Source: an uncultured Acidimicrobiia bacterium
GTDB taxonomy: Bacteria; Actinomycetota; Acidimicrobiia; Spongiisociales; UBA11373
Assembly (NCBI GenBank): GCA_964354255.1
Contig: CAYGYX010000007.1
Location: 1 to 52,929 of the forward strand
Direction: 5' to 3'
DNA: 52,929 nt
The position numbers and the translations under genes were made by a program. Under the pieces are notes generated by a model. It did no database searches, was not told the DNA's origin, and saw only the letters and a program-made list of their open reading frames with translations. Below, piece after piece: positions 30,203-40,488 of the stretch (the stretch's first letter is position 1; every line of letters begins with the position of its first letter).

Positions 30203-30673
30203 ATGTGGGACCCCATCATCGAGGCCGCCCGCCATGGCGTCGGCCAGGGCTGCGACACCCTGCGCCGGGCGGTGCAGGGCCTGCCGACAGAGGCGCTGAA
30301 CTGGAGGCCGGCCGGCGCGGAAACGAACTCGATCGCCGTGCTGACCACGCACGCCATGCGCGCCACCCGCCTGCTGGTGGCCATGGCCGTGGCAGCCCCG
30401 CTGCCGCCCCGCGACCGGCCCGCCGAGTTCGCGACCGTTGCCGACCGCCCGGAGACTCTGCTTGCCCTGATCGACAGCCTTGCTGCGGAGTGCGCCGCGC
30501 TCTTGGATGCCGCCGAGTCGATCGACTGGAGCGCTCCGCGCCGGCGGCGCCGCGACGACGGCGAGGTGGTGGAGATGCCGGCGGCCGATGCGCTCTTCCT
30601 CGCCATCACGCACCTGCGCGGCCATGCGGACGAGGCGGCCCTCACCCGGCACTTCTGGCTGACTCGGTCGTAG
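30203..30673 (+). CDS. DinB/DUF664-superfamily protein
   Basis: LNWRP..NSIAVLTTH and ITHLRGH histidine pattern, ~156 aa. Confidence 0.75.
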   Translation: MWDPIIEAARHGVGQGCDTLRRAVQGLPTEALNWRPAGAETNSIAVLTTHAMRATRLLVAMAVAAPLPPRDRPAEFATVADRPETLLALIDSLAAECAALLDAAESIDWSAPRRRRRDDGEVVEMPAADALFLAITHLRGHADEAALTRHFWLTRS

Positions 30674-30686
30674 AGGCGGCGCACCC

Positions 30687-31712
30687 TCACCACTTCAGCC
30701 AGTCGCGCAGTGCCTCGGCGCTCGCCGGGACCAGCGGCGGCTCCGGCGCCCCCTGGAGGGCCGCCTGCGGGTCCTTGAGGCCATGCCCGGTGAGGGTGCA
30801 CACCACCGGTCCCTCGGGAAGGCGGTCCCGGTAGGCGAGCACCCCGGCCACGGACGCGGCCGAAGCCGGTTCGGCGAAGAGGCCTTCCTCCTCGGCGACC
30901 AGGCGGTAGGCGGCGAGGATCTGCTCGTCGGTGACCGCCTCGATGATCCCCCCCGACTCGTCTCGCGCCGCCACCGCCCCCGCCCAGGAAGCGGGGTTGC
31001 CGATGCGGATGGCGGTGGCCACCGTCTCCGGGCGGGCCACCGGCGCCCCCTGGACGATGGGGGCCGCCCCGGCCGCCTGGAAGCCCCACATGCGGGGCGC
31101 CTCACCCACCGCCCGATACCCCATCCAGTAGGCGGTGATGTTGCCGGCGTTGCCCACCGGCAGGGCCTGCACCGCCGGGGCCGCGCCCAGGGCCTCCACG
31201 ATCTCCCAGGCCGCCGTCTGCTGGCCGGCGATGCGGTCGGGGTTCACCGAGTTCACCAGCACTGCCTCGCCCCCGGCGGTGAAGGCCCGCACCACCTCGA
31301 GGGCGGCGTCGAAGGCGCCTTCGATGCAGACCACGCGGGCGCCGTGGCGGATGGCCTGGGCCAGTTTCCCCAGCGCCACGTTGCCCGCCGGGAGCACCAC
31401 CACGCAGGCCAGGCCGGCCCGGGCGGCGTAGGCGGCCGCCGAGGCCGAGGTGTTGCCGGTGGAGGCGCAGGCCACGGCCTTGGCCCCGGCCTCCAACGCC
31501 TTCGACACGGCCACCGTCATCCCCCGGTCTTTGAACGATCCGGTGGGGTTGGCCCCGTCGTACTTCAGGAACACCGGGCGCCCTACCCGGGCGGAGAGAC
31601 GGGGTGCCGGCAGCAGGGGAGTGCCCCCCTCGTGGAGGGTGACCACCGGCGTGGTGTCCCTCACCGGCAGGCGGTGGCGGTAGGCGGCGATCAGGCCGTC
31701 GGGGGTGCTCAT
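30687..31712 (-). CDS. thrC: Threonine synthase
   Basis: [13 protein letters not shown] lysine, [36 protein letters not shown]. Confidence 0.96.
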   Translation of the reverse strand: MSTPDGLIAAYRHRLPVRDTTPVVTLHEGGTPLLPAPRLSARVGRPVFLKYDGANPTGSFKDRGMTVAVSKALEAGAKAVACASTGNTSASAAAYAARAGLACVVVLPAGNVALGKLAQAIRHGARVVCIEGAFDAALEVVRAFTAGGEAVLVNSVNPDRIAGQQTAAWEIVEALGAAPAVQALPVGNAGNITAYWMGYRAVGEAPRMWGFQAAGAAPIVQGAPVARPETVATAIRIGNPASWAGAVAARDESGGIIEAVTDEQILAAYRLVAEEEGLFAEPASAASVAGVLAYRDRLPEGPVVCTLTGHGLKDPQAALQGAPEPPLVPASAEALRDWLKW

Positions 31713-32992
31713 TCGGCGTCGCCCTCGACCCGGATGGCGGCGGCCACCTCCTCGACCACGTCGAGGCGGCTCAGGGCTGCGGCCGCGGCGCGCTGCTGCT
31801 TCTCGGGGGCCTCATGGGTCACCAGCAGCAGGGTCGCCTCGTTCCCCCGGCCTTCCTGCCACACCGACTTGATGCTCACCTCGGCGTCGGCGAAGGCGGT
31901 GGCGATGCGGGCGAGCACCCCGGGCCTGTCGGCCACCTCGAGGCGCAGGTACCAGCGGGTGGGGACCTCGGCGGCGTCGACCACCGATCCCGCCCCGAAC
32001 GAGATCCGGGGCGCCACCTGTGACCCGGAGCGCAGGTCCCGGGCGGCGTCGATGACGTCGCCGAGCACGGCGGTGGCCGTCGGCTCGCCGCCGGCGCCGG
32101 GCCCGGCGAACAGCAGCTCACCCACCGCCGGGCCCTGGATGAGGATGGCGTTGGTGGCGCCGCGGATGGCGGCCAGGGGGTGGTCGAGGGGGACCATCGC
32201 CGGGTGCACCCGGGCACTCACCCCATCCCCGACGCGCTGGGCGATGGCGAGCAGGCGGATCGTGTACCCGAGGTCGGCGGCGAAGGCGAGGTCGGTGGGG
32301 GAGATCCCGGCGATGCCCTCCCGGTAGACCCGGTCCGGCCCCACCCAGGTGGCGAAGGCCAGGCTGGCCAGGATCGACGCCTTGGAGGCGGCGTCGGCGC
32401 CGCTGATGTCATCGGTGGGGTCGGCCTCGGCGTATCCCAACGACTGGGCTTCGGCGAGGGCATCGGCGAAGCTGCCCCCTTCGTCGGCCATGCGGGTGAG
32501 TATGAAGTTGGTGGTGCCGTTGACGATGCCGACGACCCGCTCGATGTTCTCGCCGGCCAGGGTCTCGGTGAGGGGTCGGATGATGGGGATGCCGCCGCCG
32601 ACGGCGGCTTCGAAGAGGAGAGGGACCCCCGAGCGGCCGGCAGCGGTGAGCAGTTCGGGCCCGCGGGCGGCGATGAGCTCCTTGTTGGCGGTCACCACCG
32701 GCTTGCCGAGCTCCAGGGCCCTCCGCACCAGCGCGAAGGCCGGGTCGCATCCTCCCATCACCTCGACCACCAGTTCCACGGCCGGGTCCTCGATCACGTC
32801 CCAGGGCCGGGCGGTGACCACGGACTCGGGCAGAGAGAAGATGCGTTTCTTCCCCGGCGAGCGCACCGCTACCCGGCGCACCTCGAGTTCCAGGCCGGTC
32901 TTGGCGGCCACGGTGGCGCCATCTTCGGTGAGGCGCCGTATGAGGGTGCCTCCCACCGTCCCGGCGCCGAGGACTCCGATGCCGACGGCCAT
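31709..32992 (-). CDS. hom: Homoserine dehydrogenase with C-terminal ACT domain
   Basis: [59 protein letters not shown]; ATG at 32992. Confidence 0.95.
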   Translation of the reverse strand: MAVGIGVLGAGTVGGTLIRRLTEDGATVAAKTGLELEVRRVAVRSPGKKRIFSLPESVVTARPWDVIEDPAVELVVEVMGGCDPAFALVRRALELGKPVVTANKELIAARGPELLTAAGRSGVPLLFEAAVGGGIPIIRPLTETLAGENIERVVGIVNGTTNFILTRMADEGGSFADALAEAQSLGYAEADPTDDISGADAASKASILASLAFATWVGPDRVYREGIAGISPTDLAFAADLGYTIRLLAIAQRVGDGVSARVHPAMVPLDHPLAAIRGATNAILIQGPAVGELLFAGPGAGGEPTATAVLGDVIDAARDLRSGSQVAPRISFGAGSVVDAAEVPTRWYLRLEVADRPGVLARIATAFADAEVSIKSVWQEGRGNEATLLLVTHEAPEKQQRAAAAALSRLDVVEEVAAAIRVEGDAE

Positions 32993-33078
32993 GTCCACCT
33001 CCGGGAAGGCCGCGATGGTATCAACCTCGCCCGTCGGCCTCGCCGGGTGGGCCCGGGCCGGTGGATATGCTGGTCGGC

Positions 33079-34032
33079 ATGCTGGCGGCAGCTGGAAGCG
33101 GGACGGATGGGGTGCCCCGGGGGTCGGCGGCCGGCCGGGGGGCGGCCTCGGCGCCGGCCTCGGCCGCCAACCTGGGGCCCGGCTTCGACGTGGCCGCCCT
33201 CGCCCTGGGCCTGCGCTGTGCGGTGTCCGTGGCCCCGGCGGGGGAGTGGTCGCTGCTCTCCGACCGCGCCGATGAGGGGTCGATGGCCCTGGTGCGCGGT
33301 GCCGCTGAGGCGGCGGCGCCGGGGTCAGGGCCCTTCGCGGTCGCCGTCGAGAGCGGCATCCCCGTCGGCTGCGGCCTCGGGTCGAGCGCCGCCCTGGTGG
33401 TGGGCGTGGTGGCCGCAGTCCGCTCGGCACTGGGCGAGGTGGAGAGCCGGGAAGAGGTCCTGCGGGTCGCGGCCGTCGTCGAGGGCCATCCCGACAACGT
33501 GGCCGCTGCCGTCCATGGGGGGGCGGTGGCGGTGAGCCCCGGCGGGCGGGTGTACGCCCTCGAGGTGCACCCATCGCTGCGGGTGCTCCTGGCCGTCCCC
33601 GAGGCGGTGCTCCCCACCGCGGTTGCCCGCCGGGCGCTCGAGGGCCCCATCGATACCGGCACGGCGGCGCGCACTGCCGCCCGCCTCGCCTTCCTCGTCG
33701 AGGGGTTGCGGCGAGGTGACGCCGCCCTGTTGGCCGAAGCCGCCGGGGACGAACTGCACGAGGCGCGACGGGCTCACCTGTCCCCCCTCACCGGCGCCCT
33801 GGTGCAGGCGGCTCGTGATGCCGGGGCGGCCCACGCCGCCTGGAGCGGGGCCGGCCCTTCGGCGGTCGCCCTGGTCACCGGCGAGGCGCTCCCGGCGGTG
33901 CGGGCTGCCTGGGAGGCTCTGCTCGCTGCCGAGGGGGGCCGGGTGCTGGAACCGGGCCTCGACCGTGCCGGGCTCCGGGTCGGCGTAGAACCGTGGGGGC
34001 CGCCACCACGCCCGGGGCTCGCCCGCTCGTAG
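33079..34032 (+). CDS. thrB: Homoserine kinase
   Basis: APASAANLGPGFD, GIPVGCGLGSSAA, EGHPDNV, DELHE, SGAGPS; -10 TATGCT 7 nt before ATG 33079; start uncertain. Confidence 0.9.
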   Translation: MLAAAGSGTDGVPRGSAAGRGAASAPASAANLGPGFDVAALALGLRCAVSVAPAGEWSLLSDRADEGSMALVRGAAEAAAPGSGPFAVAVESGIPVGCGLGSSAALVVGVVAAVRSALGEVESREEVLRVAAVVEGHPDNVAAAVHGGAVAVSPGGRVYALEVHPSLRVLLAVPEAVLPTAVARRALEGPIDTGTAARTAARLAFLVEGLRRGDAALLAEAAGDELHEARRAHLSPLTGALVQAARDAGAAHAAWSGAGPSAVALVTGEALPAVRAAWEALLAAEGGRVLEPGLDRAGLRVGVEPWGPPPRPGLARS

Positions 34033-34110
34033 CGTCACCGACCTCCCGGGGCCGGAAGACAGGAATGCCGCCGGCATCCGCCGGCGCCACCTCTGGCAGT
34101 TCGGCTCGGA

Positions 34111-34683
34111 TCAGGTGAGCCGGTCGTGGACCAGGCGCAGTAGCTCGATGACCTGGGCGCGCTTGGTGGAGGCATCGGGCGCCTCGCCGCTCAAGTCGAT
34201 CACCGAGTAGCTGACGAACCCAACCAGGTCCCCGTCGATGAAGGCGGTGCTCACCCCGAGCTGCGCGCTCAGGTAGGCGTCGTCACCGATGCCCTCGATG
34301 TGCTCGGCGTCGGGGGCCACCATCTCGGGGGCGTAGTACTGGGCCCCCCGGTAGACCTGCACCTGCAGGAGGTGCGACGTCAAGTCCTCCAAGTCGTTCT
34401 CGTCTTCGATGGAGCCGTATAGGCAGGTGCCGACATCGAGGCCGGCGATGCCCTCAGACGACTCGGCGTCGAAGGTGGCCGGCTCGCCGAACAGGGTGGC
34501 TGCCTCGTCCACGGTGATCAGGGTCTCGCAGGTGAAGCCCCCGGGTGCGGCTGCCGTGGTGGTTGCTTCCCCACCGGCACCCGTAGTGCCCCCGGGGGTC
34601 GTGGTGGAGGAGCTGTCGTCGTCGCCGCAGGCCGCGGCGAGCAAGGCCAGGGCGGCAATTGCGATGATCAGTCGTTTGAACAT
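34111..34683 (-). CDS. Secreted lipoprotein (DUF3558-like), function unknown
   Basis: MFKRLIIAIAALALLAAAC lipobox, Thr/Gly linker, two Cys (TCETLIT, TCLY), GIGDDAY. Confidence 0.75.
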   Translation of the reverse strand: MFKRLIIAIAALALLAAACGDDDSSSTTTPGGTTGAGGEATTTAAAPGGFTCETLITVDEAATLFGEPATFDAESSEGIAGLDVGTCLYGSIEDENDLEDLTSHLLQVQVYRGAQYYAPEMVAPDAEHIEGIGDDAYLSAQLGVSTAFIDGDLVGFVSYSVIDLSGEAPDASTKRAQVIELLRLVHDRLT

Positions 34684-34789
34684 GGAGGCGACGCTACCGA
34701 CGACCCGCCCGCCGTGCACGCGCCGTTGTTCCACGGGCCCTCCGCAGGCAGGCCGGCGGGTAGCCTGCTTCGACAGCGAGGAGGTGGAC

Positions 34790-35200
34790 ATGGCGCCGGA
34801 GCGCCTGCGGACGGCTCTGGAGCCGGGGGAGGCGGTGCTCGGCAGGTGGGTGGCGGGCCTCCCCACCCTGGGCGGCCGGGGGGTCAAGTACGGGGGCACG
34901 CTGATCCTGACCGGCCGCCGGCTCGTCTGGGAGCCCATCGACCTGCCCGGGGTGCTCACGCTGGCGCCGGGCCTCAGGGGGCTGGAGAGCCTCACCCGCG
35001 GGATGCCGCTCGGCCGGGTGGTCGCGGTGCAGGCCGACCCCGACCGCCGTGCCCTGCTCCACATCGACGGTTTCGACGGGTCGGTGAGCCTGCTCATCGG
35101 GGCTGCGCGGATGTCGCCGGTGTGGAGCCGGAAGAACCGGGCGGCGCGCGGCGAGGCCGTCGCCGTCATCCAGGCGGCGCTGGCGAAGCGGCCGGCCTAG
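34790..35200 (+). CDS. Hypothetical protein, possible PH/GRAM-like fold
   Basis: GGAGG SD, -10 TAGCCT at 34761; GTLILTGRRLVW pattern typical of bacterial PH-like domains. Confidence 0.55.
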   Translation: MAPERLRTALEPGEAVLGRWVAGLPTLGGRGVKYGGTLILTGRRLVWEPIDLPGVLTLAPGLRGLESLTRGMPLGRVVAVQADPDRRALLHIDGFDGSVSLLIGAARMSPVWSRKNRAARGEAVAVIQAALAKRPA

Positions 35201-35255
35201 CGCGGGCCCGGGCGCCCCTCGGGGGCGCAGCAGGCCCGGTCGGTACACTCGCCGT

Positions 35256-37019
35256 ATGGCCTACCGACGGGAAGACATCGAGGCGGTGCGGGCCGCAACC
35301 GACCTGGCGGAACTGGTGGGCGAGGTCACCAAGGTGCAGCGCGCCGGCCGCGCCGTCATGGCCGTCTGCCCCTTCCACCAGGAGAAGGCTGCCTCGCTCT
35401 CGATCGACCCGGCCCGCGGCCTGTACCACTGCTTCGGCTGCGGCAAGAGCGGCGACCTGTTCCGCTTCGTGCAGGAGATCCACCACCTCGACTTCAACGA
35501 TGCCGTGGAGCTGCTCGCCCGCCGCGCCGGCGTTCCCCTGCACCGCGACCCCGAAGCCGCCCGGCGCAAGAGCCGGCGGGAAGCCCTGATCGCCGCCGTG
35601 GAGAAGGCCGTCGAGTTCTACCACCGGCGCTTGCGCCGGGCCCCCGATGCCGCCGCCGCCCGCGGCTACCTGCGGGGCCGTGGCTACGGGACCGACCAGG
35701 TGGCCGCCTACCGCCTCGGCTACTCGCCGGAGGGGGGCGACGTGCTGGTGCGCTCGCTGCGCGAGGAGCAGGTTCCCGAAGAAGTCATGCTGGCGGCCGG
35801 CCTGGCCGCCAGTTCCCGGTCGGGGCGCCTGTTCGACCGGTTCCGGGACCGGGTCATGTTCCCCATCTTCGACGTGCGGGGCGACCCGGTGGGCTTCGGG
35901 GCGCGCCTGCTGGCCGGGGAGGGACCGAAGTACCTGAATTCGCCCGACAGCGCCATCTACCAGAAGTCCCACCTCCTCTACGGGTTGAACTGGGCGAAGT
36001 CGGCCATCGTGCGCGAGGGCCTGGCGGTGGTGGTGGAGGGCTATACCGACGTCATCGCCCTGTCCGAGGCTGGTCGGCCGCTGGCGGTGGCCACGTGCGG
36101 CACCGCCCTCGGCGAGGGCCACCTCGACCTCCTCCGTCGGTTCACAGAGCGAGTGGTGCTCATGTTCGACGCCGACGAGGCAGGGGTGGAGGCCAGCCTG
36201 CGGGGCTTCGAACGCAGCGTCCCCGGTGATCTCGATCTCCGGGTCGCCTTGCTGCCGGCCGGGCGCGACCCCGCCGACCTGGCCAGCGCCGGGGAGACGG
36301 CGTTGCTCGAGGAGGCGATTCAGGCTTCGGTGCCCCTCCTCCACTTCCGCATCGAGAAGGAGCTGGAGCGCCACGACCTGGGCGAGGCCGAGGCGCGGGG
36401 GAGGGCGGTGCGAGCGGTGGCGGCGTTCGTGGCCCGCCACCCCGACGCCGTCACCCGGCACGAGTACGCAGTCGAGGTGGCCCGGCGCACCGGCGTGGCC
36501 CTGGAAGTCGTGACGAGCGCGGTGGGGCAGGCGGCTCGCCAGGCCCCGCCGGAGGCCTCCCGGCCGGCCCCTGCCCAGGAGCGCCTCAGCGGTGAGGAGA
36601 AGGCGGAGCAGGAACTGCTCCGCCTCATGTTGGCCAACCACCCCGGGGTGCGCTCCGCGCAGGTGACGGAGGGCCTCTTCACCCGGGCCGAGCACCGGGC
36701 TGCCCACCGGCTGCTGGCCCCGGCCCTCGCCTCGCTGCCCCCGGGCGAGGCCCCCGACCTGGGCGCGCTACTGGGAAGCCGCGAAGCGGCCGATGTATCT
36801 GGCATGCTCGCTGCCCTGGCCATGGTCGACCGCCCGCTGGCCGACGATGCCGCCGGACTGGTGGCCCGGCTGGAGGCCGGGGCGCTCGACCGCCGCATGG
36901 AGGAGCTGCGGCGCAAGCTGGCTGAGGCCGAGCGGACGGCGGGCGGGGCCCCTTCTCCCTTGCTCGAGGAGTTGATAGCTTTGGAGCACCGCCGCCGCGA
37001 CCTTCGGAGCCCCGCGTGA
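35256..37019 (+). CDS. dnaG: DNA primase
   Basis: CPFHQEK..HCFGC zinc finger, [40 protein letters not shown]. Confidence 0.96.
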   Translation: MAYRREDIEAVRAATDLAELVGEVTKVQRAGRAVMAVCPFHQEKAASLSIDPARGLYHCFGCGKSGDLFRFVQEIHHLDFNDAVELLARRAGVPLHRDPEAARRKSRREALIAAVEKAVEFYHRRLRRAPDAAAARGYLRGRGYGTDQVAAYRLGYSPEGGDVLVRSLREEQVPEEVMLAAGLAASSRSGRLFDRFRDRVMFPIFDVRGDPVGFGARLLAGEGPKYLNSPDSAIYQKSHLLYGLNWAKSAIVREGLAVVVEGYTDVIALSEAGRPLAVATCGTALGEGHLDLLRRFTERVVLMFDADEAGVEASLRGFERSVPGDLDLRVALLPAGRDPADLASAGETALLEEAIQASVPLLHFRIEKELERHDLGEAEARGRAVRAVAAFVARHPDAVTRHEYAVEVARRTGVALEVVTSAVGQAARQAPPEASRPAPAQERLSGEEKAEQELLRLMLANHPGVRSAQVTEGLFTRAEHRAAHRLLAPALASLPPGEAPDLGALLGSREAADVSGMLAALAMVDRPLADDAAGLVARLEAGALDRRMEELRRKLAEAERTAGGAPSPLLEELIALEHRRRDLRSPA

Positions 37020-38149
37020 ACCGCATCGCCCAGGAGGTGTTCCACGACCTGGCCCGCCGGGCGCGCCAACGCGGGTTCGTCATGATGGCCGAGGTCCAGC
37101 AGGAGCTGGAAGACGCCGACGCCCCGGCCGATGGCTTCGACCAGGTGGTGGAGGCGCTGCGCGAGGTGGACGTCGAGGTGCGGGAGGACTCGCCCGAGGC
37201 GGTGTACGGCGCGGTGGCCGGCATGGACGAGATCGAGGTGTCCGACCCGGTCCGCATGTACTTGCAGGAGATCGGCCGGGTGCCCCTGCTCGACGCCCAG
37301 CAGGAGGTCGAGCTCTCGATGCAGATGGAGACCGGCCGGCGCGCCGCCGAGAAACTGCGTGTCGGCGGGGAAGCCGGCCCGGCGGAGAAGGCCATCCTGG
37401 AGCGGGCTCGGCGCGAAGGAGAGCGGGCCCAGCAGCGCCTGGTGGAAGCCAACCTACGCCTGGTGGTCTCCATCGCCAAGAAGTACGTGGGGCGTGGGAT
37501 GCCTCTGCTCGACCTGGTCCAGGAAGGCAACCTGGGGCTGATGCGGGCCGTGGAGAAGTTCGACTATCGCAAGGGATTCAAGTTCTCCACCTATGCCTCG
37601 TGGTGGATCCGCCAGGCGGTGACCCGGGCCCTGGCCGACCAGGGCCGCACCATTCGGGTGCCGGTGCACATGGTCGAGACCATCAACAAACTGGCGGCCG
37701 TGCAGCGCAACCTCAACCAGGAGCTGGGTCGCGAGCCCACCATCGAGGAGATCGCCCGCGACCTGGAGCTGGAGCCCGCCAAGGTGAGCGAGTTGCGCCG
37801 CATCGCCCAGGACCCGGTGTCGCTGGAGACGCCGCTGGGGGAGGAGGACGACTCCACCCTGGGCGACTTCGTCGAGGACACCGAGGCAGAGGCGCCGGTG
37901 CGGGCGGCCTCCTTCAAGCTGCTCCAGGAGTACCTGGGGGTGGTGCTCGAGGAGTTGAACGAGCGGGAGCGCCAGGTGCTGGTCATGCGCTTCGGCCTGG
38001 CCGACGGCCGGATCCACACCCTTGAGGAGGTGGGGCGGCACTTCAACGTGACCCGGGAGCGCATCCGGCAGCTGGAGACCAAGGCGGTGGCGAAGCTGCG
38101 TCAGCCCTCCCGGGCGCGCAAGCTGGAGGGCTACCTGGGCGACGCCTAA
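37016..38149 (+). CDS. sigA: Primary sigma factor SigA/RpoD
   Basis: [57 protein letters not shown]; follows dnaG. Confidence 0.93.
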   Translation: MNRIAQEVFHDLARRARQRGFVMMAEVQQELEDADAPADGFDQVVEALREVDVEVREDSPEAVYGAVAGMDEIEVSDPVRMYLQEIGRVPLLDAQQEVELSMQMETGRRAAEKLRVGGEAGPAEKAILERARREGERAQQRLVEANLRLVVSIAKKYVGRGMPLLDLVQEGNLGLMRAVEKFDYRKGFKFSTYASWWIRQAVTRALADQGRTIRVPVHMVETINKLAAVQRNLNQELGREPTIEEIARDLELEPAKVSELRRIAQDPVSLETPLGEEDDSTLGDFVEDTEAEAPVRAASFKLLQEYLGVVLEELNERERQVLVMRFGLADGRIHTLEEVGRHFNVTRERIRQLETKAVAKLRQPSRARKLEGYLGDA

Positions 38150-38167
38150 CGCCCCCCGCCGGGGGCG
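38150..38167. terminator. GC hairpin between convergent sigA and ytxH
   Basis: CGCCCCC-CGCC-GGGGGCG; no U-tract. Confidence 0.4.
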
Positions 38168-38194
38168 CGAGGGCTCAGACGTCCTGCCTCAGGT

Positions 38195-38389
38195 TCACTC
38201 GGCGTGCTGGGGGCTGAAGGGCAGATGCTCGGCGAGCCCCTTGCCCTTCTCGATGACGGCGGCCAGGGGCTCACTGCGGGTCGCGGAACCGAGCCAGTCT
38301 CTGATCTGCTCGTAACGCTGCCGGCCTGCCTTGGCCCCGAGCACGTAGCCCGCGGCGGCGCCGATGATGAATCCGGTCTTGAATCCCAC
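38195..38389 (-). CDS. Small YtxH-like protein
   Basis: GFIIGAAAGYVLGAKAGRQRYEQI, characteristic of actinobacterial YtxH-like proteins. Confidence 0.8.
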   Translation of the reverse strand: MGFKTGFIIGAAAGYVLGAKAGRQRYEQIRDWLGSATRSEPLAAVIEKGKGLAEHLPFSPQHAE

Positions 38390-38441
38390 GGCCCTATTGT
38401 CCCATGGCGCCGGTGGTAGCCTTCCGGGGCCTTCGGCCCTT

Positions 38442-38518
38442 TCCGGGGTAGCTCAATTCGGCAGAGCAGCGGACTGTTAATCCGTGTGTTGGGAGTTCGA
38501 GTCTCCCCCCCGGAGCCA
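38442..38518 (+). tRNA. tRNA-Asn(GTT)
   Basis: TCCGGGG/CCCCGGA acceptor stem, GCGGA-CTGTTAA-TCCGT anticodon arm, GTTCGA, encoded CCA. Confidence 0.97.
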
Positions 38519-38596
38519 CCCCTGACCTGGGGTCATGGTTGCCCTCGGTCTGCACCGTGGAGCCCACCCTGCACCCGGTTGCACAGGCGGTTGCAC

Positions 38597-38878
38597 GTGA
38601 GAGGCCCCCGCCCCGACCCCGCGCCCGTCGAGCAGCTCTCCTGCGCCGTCTGCGGACGGCAGCGTCCCGAGCATGCGGAGGGCGCTGAGCGCCCCTGGCC
38701 GCTCTCCGAAGAGGACGCCGCCCGGTTCACGGATGGGGAGCTCCTTGTTCTCGTCCGTCTGGAGACCGGGCGTTGCGCGGGTGGGTTAGACCCACCACTG
38801 CCGTCCCTTGCTGAGCGGCCCCGCATCCGGGAGGCGGCCAAGGTCACCCAGGGCCGGTGGCCTCCTGGCGGAAGGTGA
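38597..38878 (+). CDS. Possible small hypothetical protein or relic with CxxC
   Basis: SCAVCGRQRP in an open frame; no SD or family recognised. Confidence 0.2.
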   Translation: MRGPRPDPAPVEQLSCAVCGRQRPEHAEGAERPWPLSEEDAARFTDGELLVLVRLETGRCAGGLDPPLPSLAERPRIREAAKVTQGRWPPGGR

Positions 38879-39065
38879 GCCGCCACACCGTCGTGGCATG
38901 GGAGCTGGCCGTGGGCCACGGCTGGGGGGTCTTCGTCGCGATCCTGGCCTGCGTCGGGCACGCGGCGACGCGCCTCGGAGGGGAGGGGCGGCTGCTGCCC
39001 GGGCCGCTCTTGAGCGGTCGGGTCCAGCCGGGCAGGGCTTGGAGGCGGGCGGGCGACCCTCGCTC

Positions 39066-39275
39066 CTACTGGCTAGGCGGCTCAAACCGAGGGCCTGGCT
39101 TGACCCCCGGCTTCTTGGGGCGCACCCGGGTCTTGGCGGGCTTGGGCTGCTTGAGGTAGCACCAGTACTCGTCGACGGCCACCAACTCCCAGCCTTCGTC
39201 TCCCAGTGCATTCAGCTGCTCCAGGCCTCCGCTGGGTGGTGTCACCAGGTACTGCCACTTCTGTGGCTCGGCCAT
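39066..39275 (-). CDS. DUF4177-like small protein
   Basis: KWQYLV..LNALGDEGWELVAV..YLKQP; GGGAGG SD before ATG 39275; Lys/Pro-rich tail. Confidence 0.75.
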   Translation of the reverse strand: MAEPQKWQYLVTPPSGGLEQLNALGDEGWELVAVDEYWCYLKQPKPAKTRVRPKKPGVKPGPRFEPPSQ

Positions 39276-39479
39276 CCAAATCCTCCCTTCCTTGCAGTCC
39301 CCAATCATGGCCGAAGCTGTGGCCGGCAGCCGGTAACCGTCCATGCGGGCAGGTGAAGGCGGCTCCTATGAGCCCCGGCGGGCCGAGGTGGGCCGTTCGC
39401 CTCGCACCTGAGGAGCCGGCCCAGACGGAACACCGCGACTCGGCCCGGAGGGTGTTCTTCGCCCTGACCGACATGGGCA

Positions 39480-39600
39480 GGGGCTACCACCGCGGCCAAC
39501 TGCGACTCCTGCTATCCCGGCATCTGCATCCCGCCCCACCCCCCGACCTCGACTGCGGCGACATCCCCTACCGCCGGTTCACCGTCATCGGAGCCTCGGC
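39480..39600 (+). pseudogene. Relic of an excalibur-like Ca-binding Cys module
   Basis: NCDSCYPGICIPP then, after a 1-nt loss in a C run, PDLDCGDIPYRRFTVIG; no start, terminal DxDxDG-C part absent. Confidence 0.6.
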
Positions 39601-39840
39601 TGGGGGCACCGGTGGGGGCGCGGCGGCAATCGGATGACCACATCTCGGGCAGGCTGCCGCCTGGTCGGACACTCGGGCCCGACACTCGGGGCAGTTGATG
39701 AGTGCCAACAGTCACCTCCCTGACCCCGGGCCTGGGGTGCCAGCAGCCAAGCTGCTCCTGTCAGCTGCGTCTCGCCGTGGTGTGCCGCCCGGAACGCCGG
39801 ACCCCAGGGCCAAGAGCCGGCGCCCCCCGGGGCCGGGTAT

Positions 39841-40070
39841 TCGGCCGATCTTGCTCCAGGTGGCGCAGTCGGCGTCGGCGAAGGAACCGACATCGCTGGC
39901 GGCGATGGTCGCCGCGAGAGGGTTGTCGGTCAGGTCGTCAACGATTCAGTCGCCGGGCTCACCGGTGAACCCGGGCAGCCGCTCCCAGTAGCAGGGGGTC
40001 CCGTCGGAGGTCATCCGGCACCGGCCCGCCGGGATGTCGGTACCGACCACCCAGTTGCCGTTGCCGGAAG
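39841..40070 (-). pseudogene. Relic of an actinobacterial secreted/lipoprotein domain
   Basis: GNGNWVVGTDIPAG..CYWERLPGFTGEPGD*IVDD..TIAASDVGSF..CATWSKIG with in-frame TGA at 39946-39948. Confidence 0.65.
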
Positions 40071-40252
40071 CGCCCCGCTCTGGGGGAGGCGGAGACGGCG
40101 CCGGAGGGTCGGACTGTCAGTCCGTGTGCTGGGAGTCCGAGTGTCCCCCCGGAGTCACCACGGGGCGATCCTCGCCTGGACGACTCCACCGGCTCCTCCG
40201 ATCTGCCTCCAGGCCGGTGCCTTTTCGATCAGGGCATGCTGGGAACAACGGT

Positions 40253-40268
40253 GTGCCACCGGTGGCAC
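40253..40268. promoter_or_regulatory. Palindromic operator of the vapBC operon
   Basis: Perfect 16-bp palindrome GTGCCACCGGTGGCAC 10 nt upstream of the antitoxin ATG. Confidence 0.7.
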
Positions 40269-40278
40269 CAGATAGGGC

Positions 40279-40488
40279 ATGATCACCAAGACCACGATCT
40301 ACCTGCCCGATGATCTCAAGCGGGGGGTGGAGCGGGAGGCCCGGCGCCGCGGCGAATCGGAGGCCGAGGTGATCCGCCGGGCGATCGCCGCCGCCGTGGC
40401 CCGGCCCCGCCCGCGCAACGGGATCATCGATGCCGAGCCCTTCGCCGGCCGGGTCGAGGAAATGCTCGGGGGGTTCGGCGAGCGGTGA
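40279..40488 (+). CDS. vapB: RHH (CopG-type) VapB antitoxin, VapB26-like
   Basis: KTTIYLPDDLK..EAEVIRRAI..GFGER; GTGA overlap with PIN gene. Confidence 0.9.
   Translation: MITKTTIYLPDDLKRGVEREARRRGESEAEVIRRAIAAAVARPRPRNGIIDAEPFAGRVEEMLGGFGER

Noticed and set aside
38857-39159. 100-aa ORF with a hydrophobic stretch
   Set aside because: No SD or family motif, and it overlaps the DUF4177 gene antisense.
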